From: Advenella sp.
Lineage (GTDB): Bacteria > Pseudomonadota > Gammaproteobacteria > Burkholderiales > Burkholderiaceae_B
Assembly (NCBI GenBank): GCA_034006805.1
Contig: JAVESC010000001.1
Coordinates: forward strand, 42,627 to 106,626
DNA length: 64,000 nt
Direction: 5' to 3'
Within the stretch, counting starts at the first letter, position 1, and every line of letters starts with the position of its first letter. Under the pieces are notes generated by a model that searched no databases, was not told the DNA's origin, and was given only the letters and a program-made list of their open reading frames with translations. Shown piece by piece: positions 10,026 to 19,567 of the stretch. Position numbers and translations under genes: made by a program.

Positions 10026-11120
10026 GTGCTGTCAATGAATGCAATGCAAGAAAACGGGACATCCTTGTTTCAGGCTGAAAAAGGCCTGACCTTATCCATC
10101 GTGATTCCTGTTTATAACGAGCGGCAGATGTTGCCGTTACTGTTCCCCCAGCTGGCCACTATTCTGGAGCCGCTGCAGATTAGTTATGAGCTGGTGATGG
10201 TGGATGATGGCAGTCGCGATGGATCGGGGCATTTCCTGGCCGAACGCGCCACTTGGGATGAGCACTTGAAGCTGGTTCGCCTAAGCCGCAATTTTGGCAA
10301 GGAAGCTGCCTTGACCGCCGGTTTGGCATACGCCGAGGGGCAGGCCATTATTATTATGGATGCCGATTTGCAGGATCCGCCGGTGTTGATTCCGCAAATG
10401 CTGCAGGCATGGCGTGAGGGGGCTGATGTGGTTAGCATGAAACGTCGCTCACGGGCGGGTGAAAGCTGGTTCAAGAAATTTTCCGCCCATGGTTTTTATC
10501 GTTTGCTGAACCGTATCAGTGAGGTTGAGATTCCTGAGGATACCGGTGATTTCCGTTTGCTGAGCCGCAAGGCGGTTAATGCCATGAGCCAGCTGGGCGA
10601 ACGCAATCGTTACATGAAGGGGCTGTTTGCCTGGATTGGCATGCCTACCAAGGTAATTGACTATGACCGCATGCCCCGTGCGGCGGGGACCAGCAAGTGG
10701 GATTATCCCGGTCTGATGAAGCTGGCTTTTGAGGGAATTACCTCTTTTTCAGTGGCGCCTTTACGCCTGACGATGGTTGCCGGTATTTTGACTGCGTTGG
10801 CGGGTATTTTATTTGCCCTGTGGATTGTGGCCAAAACCATGGTGCTGGGCGAGCCGGTTCAAGGCTATCCCTCGTTAATATCCATGATTACTTTTTTGGG
10901 TGGCGTCCAGTTAATTTCCATTGGGTTGTTGGGCGAGTATGTGGGAAAAACTTACTTTGAAGCCAAGCAACGTCCGGTTTATCTGATCCGGGACGTCCTG
11001 CGGAAAAATCAAGGGCAGGCCTGGGAAACGGTGGTGGATAATGCCAATGCGATGAATCAGTCAGCAGTGAACCGGCAAGAAGAAGCGGTTCGCGAGTGGA
11101 TGGTTGTAAAAGGAAAATAA
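10026..11120 (+). CDS. GT2 polyprenyl-phosphate glycosyltransferase (ArnC / LgmA / GtrB-like)
   Basis: SIVIPVYNE, DDGSRD and DADLQDP (DXD) motifs, plus two C-terminal TM helices typical of the ArnC/GtrB class. The start is ambiguous (GTG 10026, ATG 10038 or ATG 10047). Confidence 0.85.
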   Translation: MLSMNAMQENGTSLFQAEKGLTLSIVIPVYNERQMLPLLFPQLATILEPLQISYELVMVDDGSRDGSGHFLAERATWDEHLKLVRLSRNFGKEAALTAGLAYAEGQAIIIMDADLQDPPVLIPQMLQAWREGADVVSMKRRSRAGESWFKKFSAHGFYRLLNRISEVEIPEDTGDFRLLSRKAVNAMSQLGERNRYMKGLFAWIGMPTKVIDYDRMPRAAGTSKWDYPGLMKLAFEGITSFSVAPLRLTMVAGILTALAGILFALWIVAKTMVLGEPVQGYPSLISMITFLGGVQLISIGLLGEYVGKTYFEAKQRPVYLIRDVLRKNQGQAWETVVDNANAMNQSAVNRQEEAVREWMVVKGK

Positions 11121-11121
11121 A

Positions 11122-12597
11122 ATGACTCGCAGGATTGATTTATGGTGGGTGGTGGGCGTTTTATTGTGCTTGCCCCTGATAAGTATGGCCTTAATGCCGC
11201 TGTCTGATACGTCTGAACCCCGCTATGCCGAAATTGCCCGTTTGATGGCACAAAACGGTGACTGGATTACCCCCTGGTTTGAACCGGGCAAGCCCTTCTG
11301 GGGCAAGCCGCCGCTGTCGTTCTGGGCACAGGCCGTGTCTTTCAGGCTCCTGGGTGTTAATGAGTTTGCGGTGCGCTTCCCGTCATGGCTAAGCATGGTG
11401 GCCACGGTGGGGCTTCTGCTTGCCTTTACCCGGGCTTTTTTTGACAAGCGGCTGGCCCAGTGGACGGCGATTATTTACAGTTCCTGTGCCCTGGTGTATA
11501 TCACGTCGGGTGCGGTGCTGACCGATCCGTTTCTGGTGCTGGGTACGACCTTTAGCATGACTGCTTTCATGATGGCTCGGCAATTCCCGACCCTGTTCTG
11601 GCGTTATGGCTTTTTTGTGGGCCTGGCTATTGGCTTGTTGGCCAAAGGGCCTTTGGCCCTGGTTCTGGTTGTCGGCCCGCTGCTGTTATGGCTGTTGCCA
11701 GACAGAGGCCGGATGGTTTATGTCAGGGCCTTGCCCTGGACGCGGGGTTTGCTGTTAACAGCGTTACTTAGCCTGCCGTGGTACGTGATGACAGAAATCA
11801 AGACCCCGGGGTTTCTGGATTATTTTATAGTGGGTGAACATTTCCTGCGTTTTGTAGACCCGGGATGGCAGGGGGATTTGTATGGTACTGCTCATGAAAA
11901 AACGCATGGCACTATCTGGTGGTATTGGTTACAGGCTACTTTTCCATGGGGTTTGTTTGGGATAGGCCTGCTGCTGCTCACCCTGTTGAAAAAAGGCGGG
12001 TGTAACACGATCAGGCAGGCTGTCATTTCTGCCAATATATCGTATTTGTTGGCCTGGGCTTTATTTACCCCTTTGTTTTTCACCTTTTCGGGCAATATTC
12101 TCTGGACCTATCTTTTGCCTTGCCTTGGGGCGTTCAGCCTATTGCTGGCGTTTGGCTGGCGCAAGTGGGTGGAAGGTAGCCAGTGGCGGTGTGCCGTAAA
12201 TACCCGCTGGATGGCTGCGGTTGTGCCGCTGGTGCTGGTTTTGCTCAGTCTGTTTGCCTATGTCAGTCCTAATCACTTTAAAACGGAAAAGGGTCTGATT
12301 CATTTTGCATCGCAGCAGGCGCAGGCCCATTCACTTGTTTATTATGTTGACGAGCGTCCGTTTTCGGCCCGGTTTTATTCGGGCGGAGCAGCAGAGTTGT
12401 TGAAGATTAATGAGGTTTCTGCCAAACTGGATAACAGTACATTGCCTTTGTTGCTGGCGATACCCAAAAAACATCTGGCTGAGGTTTTCCATGAGCTAAG
12501 TGTACCGGTACAAAAGCGTTACGAAAACAAGCGTTATATTTTGTATGAAACTCGTCCAGGCCTTGCACCAGTGGTCCTGTCCATAATGGCAAACTAA
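11122..12597 (+). CDS. GT-C fold glycosyltransferase (ArnT / LgmB-like, GT39/83 family)
   Basis: 491-aa polytopic membrane protein with the ArnT-type first periplasmic loop motif SEPRYAEIARLMAQNGDWITPW. Starts 1 nt after the GT2 gene's stop codon. Confidence 0.85.
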   Translation: MTRRIDLWWVVGVLLCLPLISMALMPLSDTSEPRYAEIARLMAQNGDWITPWFEPGKPFWGKPPLSFWAQAVSFRLLGVNEFAVRFPSWLSMVATVGLLLAFTRAFFDKRLAQWTAIIYSSCALVYITSGAVLTDPFLVLGTTFSMTAFMMARQFPTLFWRYGFFVGLAIGLLAKGPLALVLVVGPLLLWLLPDRGRMVYVRALPWTRGLLLTALLSLPWYVMTEIKTPGFLDYFIVGEHFLRFVDPGWQGDLYGTAHEKTHGTIWWYWLQATFPWGLFGIGLLLLTLLKKGGCNTIRQAVISANISYLLAWALFTPLFFTFSGNILWTYLLPCLGAFSLLLAFGWRKWVEGSQWRCAVNTRWMAAVVPLVLVLLSLFAYVSPNHFKTEKGLIHFASQQAQAHSLVYYVDERPFSARFYSGGAAELLKINEVSAKLDNSTLPLLLAIPKKHLAEVFHELSVPVQKRYENKRYILYETRPGLAPVVLSIMAN

Positions 12598-12620
12598 TTT
12601 TTTTATTTTTCTGAAATTGC

Positions 12621-13334
12621 ATGAATATATCTACAAAGCCCATTCGCATGTTGGTTGTAGAGGACCATGTCGGGCTTGCCGAGAACTTGTTCGAGTATTT
12701 TGATAATACGCATTATGTACTGGATTTCGCCCCGGACGGTTTAACGGCACTGCACCTGATTGCCACCCGTGAATATGATGTCATCGTGCTGGACGTGATG
12801 CTGCCCGGCTTGTCGGGGTTTGAAATTTGCCACCGGATCAGGCACGATATCCAATGCACGACACCGGTTATCATGATGACCGCCAAAGACCAGCTCAAAG
12901 ATAAGGAAGAGGGGTTTCGGGCGGGTGCCGATGACTATCTGGTCAAACCGTTTGACCTTCGCGAGCTGCAGCTTCGGGTCAATGCCCTGTACCGTCGCAA
13001 AGAGGGCATGGGCAAAACCACGGGCATAGAAGTGCCCGGCATCCGTTTCGATCCGGGCAAACTCACGGTGCAGGTGGATCATAACGGTTCCCTTGAGTTA
13101 AGTGGCACCATGGCACGTATTTTTGAAGCGCTGATTAAAGCTTATCCGGGTTTTCTGTCTTATGAACAGTTGCAAGAACGAATCTGGGGAGAAAAAGAGG
13201 TGGATATGAACACCTTGCGCACGCATGTGTATACATTGCGTAAATTATTGCAGGATACCTTTGGGTTTTCCATGATCAAGACCATGCATGGGCGCGGTTA
13301 TCGACTAACCCCACCGGCACAGGCAGGGCAATGA
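12621..13334 (+). CDS. OmpR/PhoB-family response regulator
   Basis: VVEDH, VLDVMLPGLSG and LVKPF receiver motifs. Winged-helix C-terminus ending HGRGYRL. Confidence 0.9.
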   Translation: MNISTKPIRMLVVEDHVGLAENLFEYFDNTHYVLDFAPDGLTALHLIATREYDVIVLDVMLPGLSGFEICHRIRHDIQCTTPVIMMTAKDQLKDKEEGFRAGADDYLVKPFDLRELQLRVNALYRRKEGMGKTTGIEVPGIRFDPGKLTVQVDHNGSLELSGTMARIFEALIKAYPGFLSYEQLQERIWGEKEVDMNTLRTHVYTLRKLLQDTFGFSMIKTMHGRGYRLTPPAQAGQ

Positions 13335-14602
13335 AATCCATTTCACGACGCATTCACCGTGCCATATTGCTGGTGAGTATGGCATGTATTGCGGTGATGG
13401 TGGTGATGGTGCTGGAAGTTAATGAAGACCTTGAGCGAACCATGCTGCAGGTTGAATTTGAACAGGAACTGGATTTTATTCTTCAAAATCGCGACGATTC
13501 CGAACTGTTTGTTTGGGAGGGATTTAACCAGCAGCTGGTGTTTGTGCCCCAGGGGCTGGCAACTCCGGCGCAAATGCCCGAGGTTTTTAAGGGTTTGCCG
13601 TTGGGCTTCTCTGATGAGATCAAGCAGGGTAAGAATACGTATCTGGTCAATATTGCCGTTTTACCCAAAGGGGTCGTGTATATCGCCAAGGATATTACCC
13701 ATTTTGAAGATCGCGAATTCCTTTTCAGTATCGCGCTGGGTGTCATGACCTTGGTGATTATTGGCCTGGGACTGTGGATGGCTACCTTAAGCAGCCGGCG
13801 GATTGTTGATCCTTTGCAGCAACTGTCAGAGCAAATCAGCGAAGTGCCGGTAGGTTCACAAATGCCACGTATTCCGGTTAATTACACCGATAGTGAATTG
13901 CATTCCATTGCCGTAACCTTTAACCGTTTTCTGGGCGAACTTGAATCTTATGTGCGAAGGGAACAGTCGCTGTTAAGCCTGGCCAGCCATGAGTTGCGCA
14001 CGCCGGTTGCCGTGATGTCCGGGGCCCTGGATATCCTGGAAATGCGCGGGCAACTCAAGCCTAATGATTTGGCAACGGTAGCCCGTATGCGCAATGCCTG
14101 TACCGAGATGAGAAGTAATGTAGAGGTTTTGCTCAAGCTGTCGCGCAACCAGTCTGATGTTTCTCCCGTTACAGAAGTGATTTCCCTGACTGCGTTGGTG
14201 GAAGAAGTCCTGGATGACCTGAATAATTTATTCAGGGTTCAGACCAGGGTGCGCTTAACAGTCATAGACAAAAGCATGCTCAGGACCGATTCTGTCCTGG
14301 TTAAAATGCTGTTGCGCAACCTGATCCAGAATGCCTTGCAACATACGCAAAAGGAAATTGATATTACGCTGGGCAAAGGCCTGATCCAGATAAAGGATAG
14401 GGGTACCGGGTTTAGCGCCGGGCAAAAAGCCATCCTGAGTAAGGAAATGGAAGTGATGCCGGGCAGTTCTTCCCTGAATGGCCTGGGGCTGTATATCGTG
14501 ACCTTGATGTCCGAGCGTTTGCAATGGCCACTGCAAGTGACCCAAAGTGATTCAAGTGGAACCGTGATTCAGTTAAGTATTCCCGCCGATCAGATGCTTT
14601 GA
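13331..14602 (+). CDS. Sensor histidine kinase (two TM helices, periplasmic loop, HAMP, HisKA, HATPase)
   Basis: H-box SHELRTPVAV and G-box GLGLYIV. A 4-nt ATGA overlap with the regulator gene. Confidence 0.88.
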   Translation: MKSISRRIHRAILLVSMACIAVMVVMVLEVNEDLERTMLQVEFEQELDFILQNRDDSELFVWEGFNQQLVFVPQGLATPAQMPEVFKGLPLGFSDEIKQGKNTYLVNIAVLPKGVVYIAKDITHFEDREFLFSIALGVMTLVIIGLGLWMATLSSRRIVDPLQQLSEQISEVPVGSQMPRIPVNYTDSELHSIAVTFNRFLGELESYVRREQSLLSLASHELRTPVAVMSGALDILEMRGQLKPNDLATVARMRNACTEMRSNVEVLLKLSRNQSDVSPVTEVISLTALVEEVLDDLNNLFRVQTRVRLTVIDKSMLRTDSVLVKMLLRNLIQNALQHTQKEIDITLGKGLIQIKDRGTGFSAGQKAILSKEMEVMPGSSSLNGLGLYIVTLMSERLQWPLQVTQSDSSGTVIQLSIPADQML

Positions 14603-14629
14603 AGGGGCTGATGCCTGAGAATCGCTGGC

Positions 14630-15682
14630 TTACTCAGCCGGCCACTCGGCTTTGGCTTCGCGCGCCAGCAGGTTTGAAACCGCCTGCAGGGGGGGAGTGG
14701 CATTGAACAGGACATCGCAAACCGCTTTGGTAATGGGCATGTCGATATTCAGGGCTGTGGCGCGGTTCAGGGCGTCACGGGCGCAGCGTACGCCTTCGGC
14801 AGTCATGCCTGCAGCCAGAATGCTGTCCAGTGATTGTCCTTGTCCCAGGGCAAGACCAACCTGGCGGTTGCGGGACAGATCGCCCGTGGCGGTTAATACC
14901 AGGTCACCCAGACCGGTAAGGCCTGAAAAGGTGGCGGCTTGCCCGCCCAGGGCAATACCCAGGCGGGTAATTTCAGCCAGGCCGCGGGTAATTAGCGCGG
15001 CACGGGCATTGGCGCCCAGTTCAAGACCGTCTGAAATGCCGCAGGCAATGGCCATGACGTTTTTAAGTGCGCCGCCTACTTCCACGCCAATAACATCGTT
15101 GCTGGCATAGATGCGTGTGTTATTGGCATGCAGGGCGGCCGTGGTGTTTTGTACGGTTATCTCGTTATGGCTGGCAACGGTAAGGGCTACAGGCAGGTTA
15201 CGGGTGACTTCTTTGGCAAAGGAAGGCCCCGATAAAACACCGGTATTGGGTATTTGATTGCCAAAAACAGAATACACGATTTCGTGTGGCAATTGCCCGC
15301 TGTTTTGTTCAAAACCCTTGCAGGTCCAGACAACAGGAGTATTGGCCAGGTTGGATGCTTGCAGCAGTGGCAGCCAGGTCTCGCAGGTGCTGCGCATGGC
15401 CATGACAGGCACGCCAAGTATGATTAACCTTTGCGGTTGGGCGCTGCCTTGCAAATGGGCAAGGGCCTGTTCAAGACAGGTGGTGCTTTGCAAGCGGTGG
15501 GGCAAGGGAAGGTCGCCCAGGTATTTGGTATTGCGGTGCCGGGTGTTGATATCCAAAGAAACGGCTTCATCACGGGCCAGCAGCAAGGTGGGGGTATTAT
15601 TGGCTGCCGAGGCAGCCAATGCGGTTCCCCAGCTACCCGCACCTATAACCAGTACATGAAGCGAAGTGCCGGGAAGTGACAT
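14630..15682 (-). CDS. gpsA: NAD(P)H-dependent glycerol-3-phosphate dehydrogenase
   Basis: [12 protein letters not shown] Rossmann motif. I place the start at the internal ATG at 15682, because the longer track ORF would run into secB. Confidence 0.9.
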   Translation of the reverse strand: MSLPGTSLHVLVIGAGSWGTALAASAANNTPTLLLARDEAVSLDINTRHRNTKYLGDLPLPHRLQSTTCLEQALAHLQGSAQPQRLIILGVPVMAMRSTCETWLPLLQASNLANTPVVWTCKGFEQNSGQLPHEIVYSVFGNQIPNTGVLSGPSFAKEVTRNLPVALTVASHNEITVQNTTAALHANNTRIYASNDVIGVEVGGALKNVMAIACGISDGLELGANARAALITRGLAEITRLGIALGGQAATFSGLTGLGDLVLTATGDLSRNRQVGLALGQGQSLDSILAAGMTAEGVRCARDALNRATALNIDMPITKAVCDVLFNATPPLQAVSNLLAREAKAEWPAE

Positions 15683-15692
15683 GCGAACCTGC

Positions 15693-16211
15693 TTACTGAC
15701 GGGTTGTGCCAGGAGGCAGAATGATACCTGAGTCTTCAGGGGCGGCACTGTTTTGCTGTGCCTGCTGTTGTGCTTCCTGGGCGCGCTGTTCGTACAGGGC
15801 CTGGAAGTTTACTTCTGCCAGATGCAAGGGTGGCAATGAGGTACGGTTGATGGCATCGGCAATATTGGCACGCAGGTAAGGGAACAACATAGTTGGGCAA
15901 ACAATGCCCAAAAGCGGGTCAAACTGTTCTTCAGGGACATTGGCAATTTCAAAAATACCTGCCTGTGTAGCTTCAACCAGATACAGAACCTTGTCACCGA
16001 TTTTGGTGGTGACGGTTGCGCGTACGCTGGCTTCAAAAATGGTTTCGGCCAGACGTTGACCGCCCACGTTCAGGGAGATTTCCACCTCGGGGGTTTCCTG
16101 CTCAAGAAAAATCTGGGGTGAGTTGGGCATTTCCAGAGACAGGTCTTTCAGGTAGACGCGTTGCAAATTGAATGCGGGATTGGTGTTTTCTGCTTGTTGC
16201 TCTTGGGCCAT
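15693..16211 (-). CDS. secB: Protein-export chaperone SecB
   Basis: 172 aa with an N-terminal [15 protein letters not shown] core and an acidic/Gln-rich tail. Part of the conserved grxC-secB-gpsA order. Confidence 0.92.
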   Translation of the reverse strand: MAQEQQAENTNPAFNLQRVYLKDLSLEMPNSPQIFLEQETPEVEISLNVGGQRLAETIFEASVRATVTTKIGDKVLYLVEATQAGIFEIANVPEEQFDPLLGIVCPTMLFPYLRANIADAINRTSLPPLHLAEVNFQALYEQRAQEAQQQAQQNSAAPEDSGIILPPGTTRQ

Positions 16212-16258
16212 GCTAGTTTCCTAGGTAAGAAGGTTAAACGTTAAATTGCGCTGATGGC

Positions 16259-16516
16259 TTAGTCGGCCAACAGCGCAGTCAATTCACCGGCGCGGTCAAG
16301 CGCCATCAGGTCATCACAACCACCAACGTGTTTTTCCCCGATAAAGATCTGGGGGACAGTGGTGCGTCCGGTGCGCTCAATCATAACAGCCCGTAGTTCG
16401 CGGTTGGTGTCAATGCTGATTATTTCCAGATTTGTTACGCCACGCTCGGTGAGCAGTTTTTGGGCACGGATGCAATAGGGGCAGGTTGCCTTGGAGAACA
16501 TAGTGACTTTTTTCAT
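16259..16516 (-). CDS. grxC: Glutaredoxin 3
   Basis: CPYC active site and TVPQIFIGEKHVGGCDDL. I place the start at MKKVTMF (16516), not at the longer track ORF start. Confidence 0.9.
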   Translation of the reverse strand: MKKVTMFSKATCPYCIRAQKLLTERGVTNLEIISIDTNRELRAVMIERTGRTTVPQIFIGEKHVGGCDDLMALDRAGELTALLAD

Positions 16517-16538
16517 GGTATTTTTGCGGTGTAAATAG

Positions 16539-16991
16539 TTAACGGTTATGTTTGCGAGGGGCGGCAGCGGTATGTTTTTTAAGGGGCAGGCCGTCCTGGG
16601 TCCAGGCGGAAATGCCACCCGAAAGAACATGAACTTCTTCGAAATTGAGTTTTTTCAGGGAGGTAGCCGCTTTTTGCGCCAGGCGCCCCATATTGCAGAC
16701 CAGGATAATTGGCTTGCTTTTGGACAGCGAAGCCGTTTTCTCTTCGAGTTCGTCGATAGGGATATTGCGGGCCTGGGTAATGGAACCGTTTTTGTATTCT
16801 TCAGCAGAACGGATGTCAATGAAAATGGCCGCTGATTTATTGGCCATTTGCACGGCTTCCTTGGTGCTTATTGAGCTGATCCCCTGGCTGCCAAAGCCGC
16901 CTTTACGCAAATTGGGAATGGCCAGCATGATGCCTGCTACCAGGGCAAAAGCTAAAAAATAAATGGTATTTTGGTAAAAAAGAAAATCCAC
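16539..16991 (-). CDS. Membrane-anchored rhodanese-domain sulfurtransferase
   Basis: N-terminal TM segment and a rhodanese active-site loop VCNMGRLA. Confidence 0.8.
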   Translation of the reverse strand: MDFLFYQNTIYFLAFALVAGIMLAIPNLRKGGFGSQGISSISTKEAVQMANKSAAIFIDIRSAEEYKNGSITQARNIPIDELEEKTASLSKSKPIILVCNMGRLAQKAATSLKKLNFEEVHVLSGGISAWTQDGLPLKKHTAAAPRKHNR

Positions 16992-17140
16992 GTCTGATCC
17001 TGTAGGTGTGCTTTTTTCAAGCTTAATTGTCAGATTATAAAATAGCTGGACAAATAGAGATAAGACTTCGCTAAAATAATGGAAAATTGTTTGGGTATTG
17101 AATTGTTTATTTCTTAATTTAGTGGAAAAGAGCTCATAAT

Positions 17141-17893
17141 ATGTACAAAATCGTATTAATGCGTCATGGTGAAAGCCAGTGGAATCTTGAAAACCGTTTT
17201 ACGGGTTGGACCGATGTTGACCTGACCGATCTTGGCCGCCAGCAGGCGTGGCAAGCTGGCGAACTGCTTAAGCAGGAAGGGTTTTCGTTTGATGTGGCTT
17301 ATGCGTCTGTGTTGAAACGGGCCATTCGCACGTTGTGGATTGCCCTGGATGCGATGGATGCCATGCATACACCCATTCACCTGAACTGGCGTCTGAACGA
17401 ACGTCATTATGGCAACCTGCAGGGCCTTAATAAAGCCGAAACTGCTGCGAAGTACGGTGATGAACAAGTGCTGGTATGGCGTCGTGCTTATGCTATCGCA
17501 CCCAACCCCCTGGATATAGACGACGAGCGTCACCCCCGTTTTGATGCCCGCTATGCACGTATTCCCGCTGAACAGCTACCGGGCACCGAATGCCTGAAAG
17601 ATACCGTTGCCCGTGTTTTGCCAGTATGGAATGACTCTATTGCACCTGCCATCAAGGCCGGTAAAAATGTGTTAATTGCCGCTCATGGCAACAGCTTGCG
17701 TGCATTAATCAAGCATCTTGACGGTATTTCCGATGACGATATCGTTAATTTGAATATCCCAACTGGCCAACCGCTGGTGTATGAGCTTGACGAAAATCTC
17801 AAGCCCATCCGTCACTATTATCTGGGCGACCAAGAGGCGATTGCCGCTGCGGTGGCGGCGGTGGCTGCCCAAGGTAAAGCGCAAAAGGATTAA
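17141..17893 (+). CDS. gpmA: 2,3-bisphosphoglycerate-dependent phosphoglycerate mutase
   Basis: [10 protein letters not shown] catalytic His motif and [10 protein letters not shown]. Confidence 0.95.
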   Translation: MYKIVLMRHGESQWNLENRFTGWTDVDLTDLGRQQAWQAGELLKQEGFSFDVAYASVLKRAIRTLWIALDAMDAMHTPIHLNWRLNERHYGNLQGLNKAETAAKYGDEQVLVWRRAYAIAPNPLDIDDERHPRFDARYARIPAEQLPGTECLKDTVARVLPVWNDSIAPAIKAGKNVLIAAHGNSLRALIKHLDGISDDDIVNLNIPTGQPLVYELDENLKPIRHYYLGDQEAIAAAVAAVAAQGKAQKD

Positions 17894-17894
17894 T

Positions 17895-19502
17895 GTGAAC
17901 AGGTGGGCGATGGCTGTTTTCCTGTTTGCGCTGTCAGGTGTTGGGTCGCTTATTATGGCCCAGCCTGTCGCTGCATTAAGCGAGCAGCAAAAAGCGGCTG
18001 AAAAGCAGAAAGCCCACCTGCAAAACCGGATAGAAGATATCCACAAAAAAATCCAGGCGCAGGAATCGGATAAAAAAGACGTCACTGAAGAACTGCGAAA
18101 ATCCGAATCGGAAATTTCCAAAATCAATGCGCGGCTTGACGATTTGCAGGAACAGGGCGAACGGGCAAAAAAAGAATGGGGTGAATTGCGCAAACAGCAG
18201 GATAGGCAGCAAAAAATCATGGCGCTGCGTCGCGAAGAGCTGGCGGTACAATTACGTACGCAATATACCAGCGGGCTGTCACCTTGGGCAGCCTTGCTGT
18301 CCGGAGAAGATGCCCAGAAAATTGGCCGGGATCTGACTTATCTGGGTTATGTGTCCAAAGCCCGGGTTGAGCTGGTCCAGCAACTAGAGGCTGAAATCAC
18401 CCATCTTGATAAGCTGAAGAAAAAAACAGCGGATCACCAGAAAACCATTAAGCGGCTGGCCGAGCAAACCCGGGTTGGCAAGAAAGAGCTTGAGGCCGAG
18501 CAGACAAAACATGCCGCGGTATTAAAAAAAATAGAAAAAGACCTGGCAGGCAGACGTTCACAGGCCAGCAAGCTGGCACAAGATGAAAAACGACTTAACA
18601 GCCTGATTGGCGATATCCAGAAAAACATTTCCAGGCAGCTGGAACAAGCCCGGCGGGCAAGGCTTGTTCAGCAAAAAGCCGATGCAGAAAAACGTCGCGC
18701 CGCGTTACGCCAGAAAGAAGAGGAAGCAGCCCGGGCCCGGGAACAGGCGGCAAGGGCCTCTATTGTGGCCAAACAGGCCGAAACACAAACAGAGCTGGCT
18801 TATGTGGTATTACAAAGTGCCGTGGTTAACCAGGAACAGCAAACCCGGGCGTTAAGCCAGGCGCAGCAGCAGGTTGTGCAGGCACAAGATGAGCGCCAGC
18901 GGCAGCAGGCCCGGCAACAGGTGCAAAGTGCCCTGCAGCAAACCGAACAGGCTCGCCAGCAACTTGCCCAGGCCCGGCAACAGGCTGAAAATGCTGAAAT
19001 TGAACGGGCCAAGGCAAGGATTAAAAAAGAAAAAGAAGAACAGGCCGCCTTGCTGGCACAAAAGGCCCGCGAAGATGAACGTCGGGCTGCGGCCCAGGCC
19101 AAAGCGGGGGCGAGCGGTTTGCAAAAAGGGGCGCCCTGGCCGGTGCGAGGTGCCTTGCAGGGGCGTTTTGGTACCACCCGGCCCGATACCGGTGGGGTAT
19201 GGCGGGGTATACTCATCAGCGCCAATGAAGGTACGCCCGTGCGGGCGGTTGCCAGCGGCCAGCTGGTGTTTTCAGCCTGGGTGCGCGGATTTGGTAATTT
19301 GGTCATTATTGATCATGGCAATAACTATATGAGTGTGTATGGATATAATCAAAGTGTATCGGGCAGTGTGGGCGATAACGTTCGTGCCGGACAAACCATT
19401 GCCCGTGTAGGGGCAACCGGTGGCCAGGTAGATCCTGCCTTATACTTTGAAATACGTAATGGTTCCACGCCGGTAGACCCATTAAACTGGTTATCAAGAT
19501 AG
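17895..19502 (+). CDS. envC: Murein hydrolase activator EnvC-like protein (coiled coil plus M23/LytM domain)
   Basis: Signal-like MAVFLFALSGVGSLIMA, then a long Q/A/R/K/E coiled coil. C-terminal LytM domain GFGNLVIIDHGNNYMSVYGY. The start is GTG 17895 or ATG 17910; the upstream part of the track ORF overlaps gpmA. Confidence 0.85.
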   Translation: MNRWAMAVFLFALSGVGSLIMAQPVAALSEQQKAAEKQKAHLQNRIEDIHKKIQAQESDKKDVTEELRKSESEISKINARLDDLQEQGERAKKEWGELRKQQDRQQKIMALRREELAVQLRTQYTSGLSPWAALLSGEDAQKIGRDLTYLGYVSKARVELVQQLEAEITHLDKLKKKTADHQKTIKRLAEQTRVGKKELEAEQTKHAAVLKKIEKDLAGRRSQASKLAQDEKRLNSLIGDIQKNISRQLEQARRARLVQQKADAEKRRAALRQKEEEAARAREQAARASIVAKQAETQTELAYVVLQSAVVNQEQQTRALSQAQQQVVQAQDERQRQQARQQVQSALQQTEQARQQLAQARQQAENAEIERAKARIKKEKEEQAALLAQKAREDERRAAAQAKAGASGLQKGAPWPVRGALQGRFGTTRPDTGGVWRGILISANEGTPVRAVASGQLVFSAWVRGFGNLVIIDHGNNYMSVYGYNQSVSGSVGDNVRAGQTIARVGATGGQVDPALYFEIRNGSTPVDPLNWLSR

Positions 19503-19567
19503 TATTGCCAGGGCATCCATTACTTACATACACTGAAACTTTATTCGATTGCGGGCAGGAGTGTCTT

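Noticed and set aside
15683-15748. Longer gpsA start overlapping secB
   Set aside because: The extension would overlap the 3' end of secB. The internal Met lies 10 residues upstream of the Rossmann motif, which gives the usual GpsA N-terminal length.
17781-17894. Upstream part of the 573-aa EnvC track ORF
   Set aside because: It overlaps the 3' end of gpmA in another frame. The signal-like sequence begins only after GTG 17895 / ATG 17910.
17705-18220. 171-aa minus-strand ORF, plus the cluster of ORFs in other frames on both strands at 18607-19332
   Set aside because: They arise from the compositional bias of the EnvC coiled-coil repeats. Their products are Cys/Ser/Arg/Phe-rich, and they overlap a gene that has a clear LytM domain.
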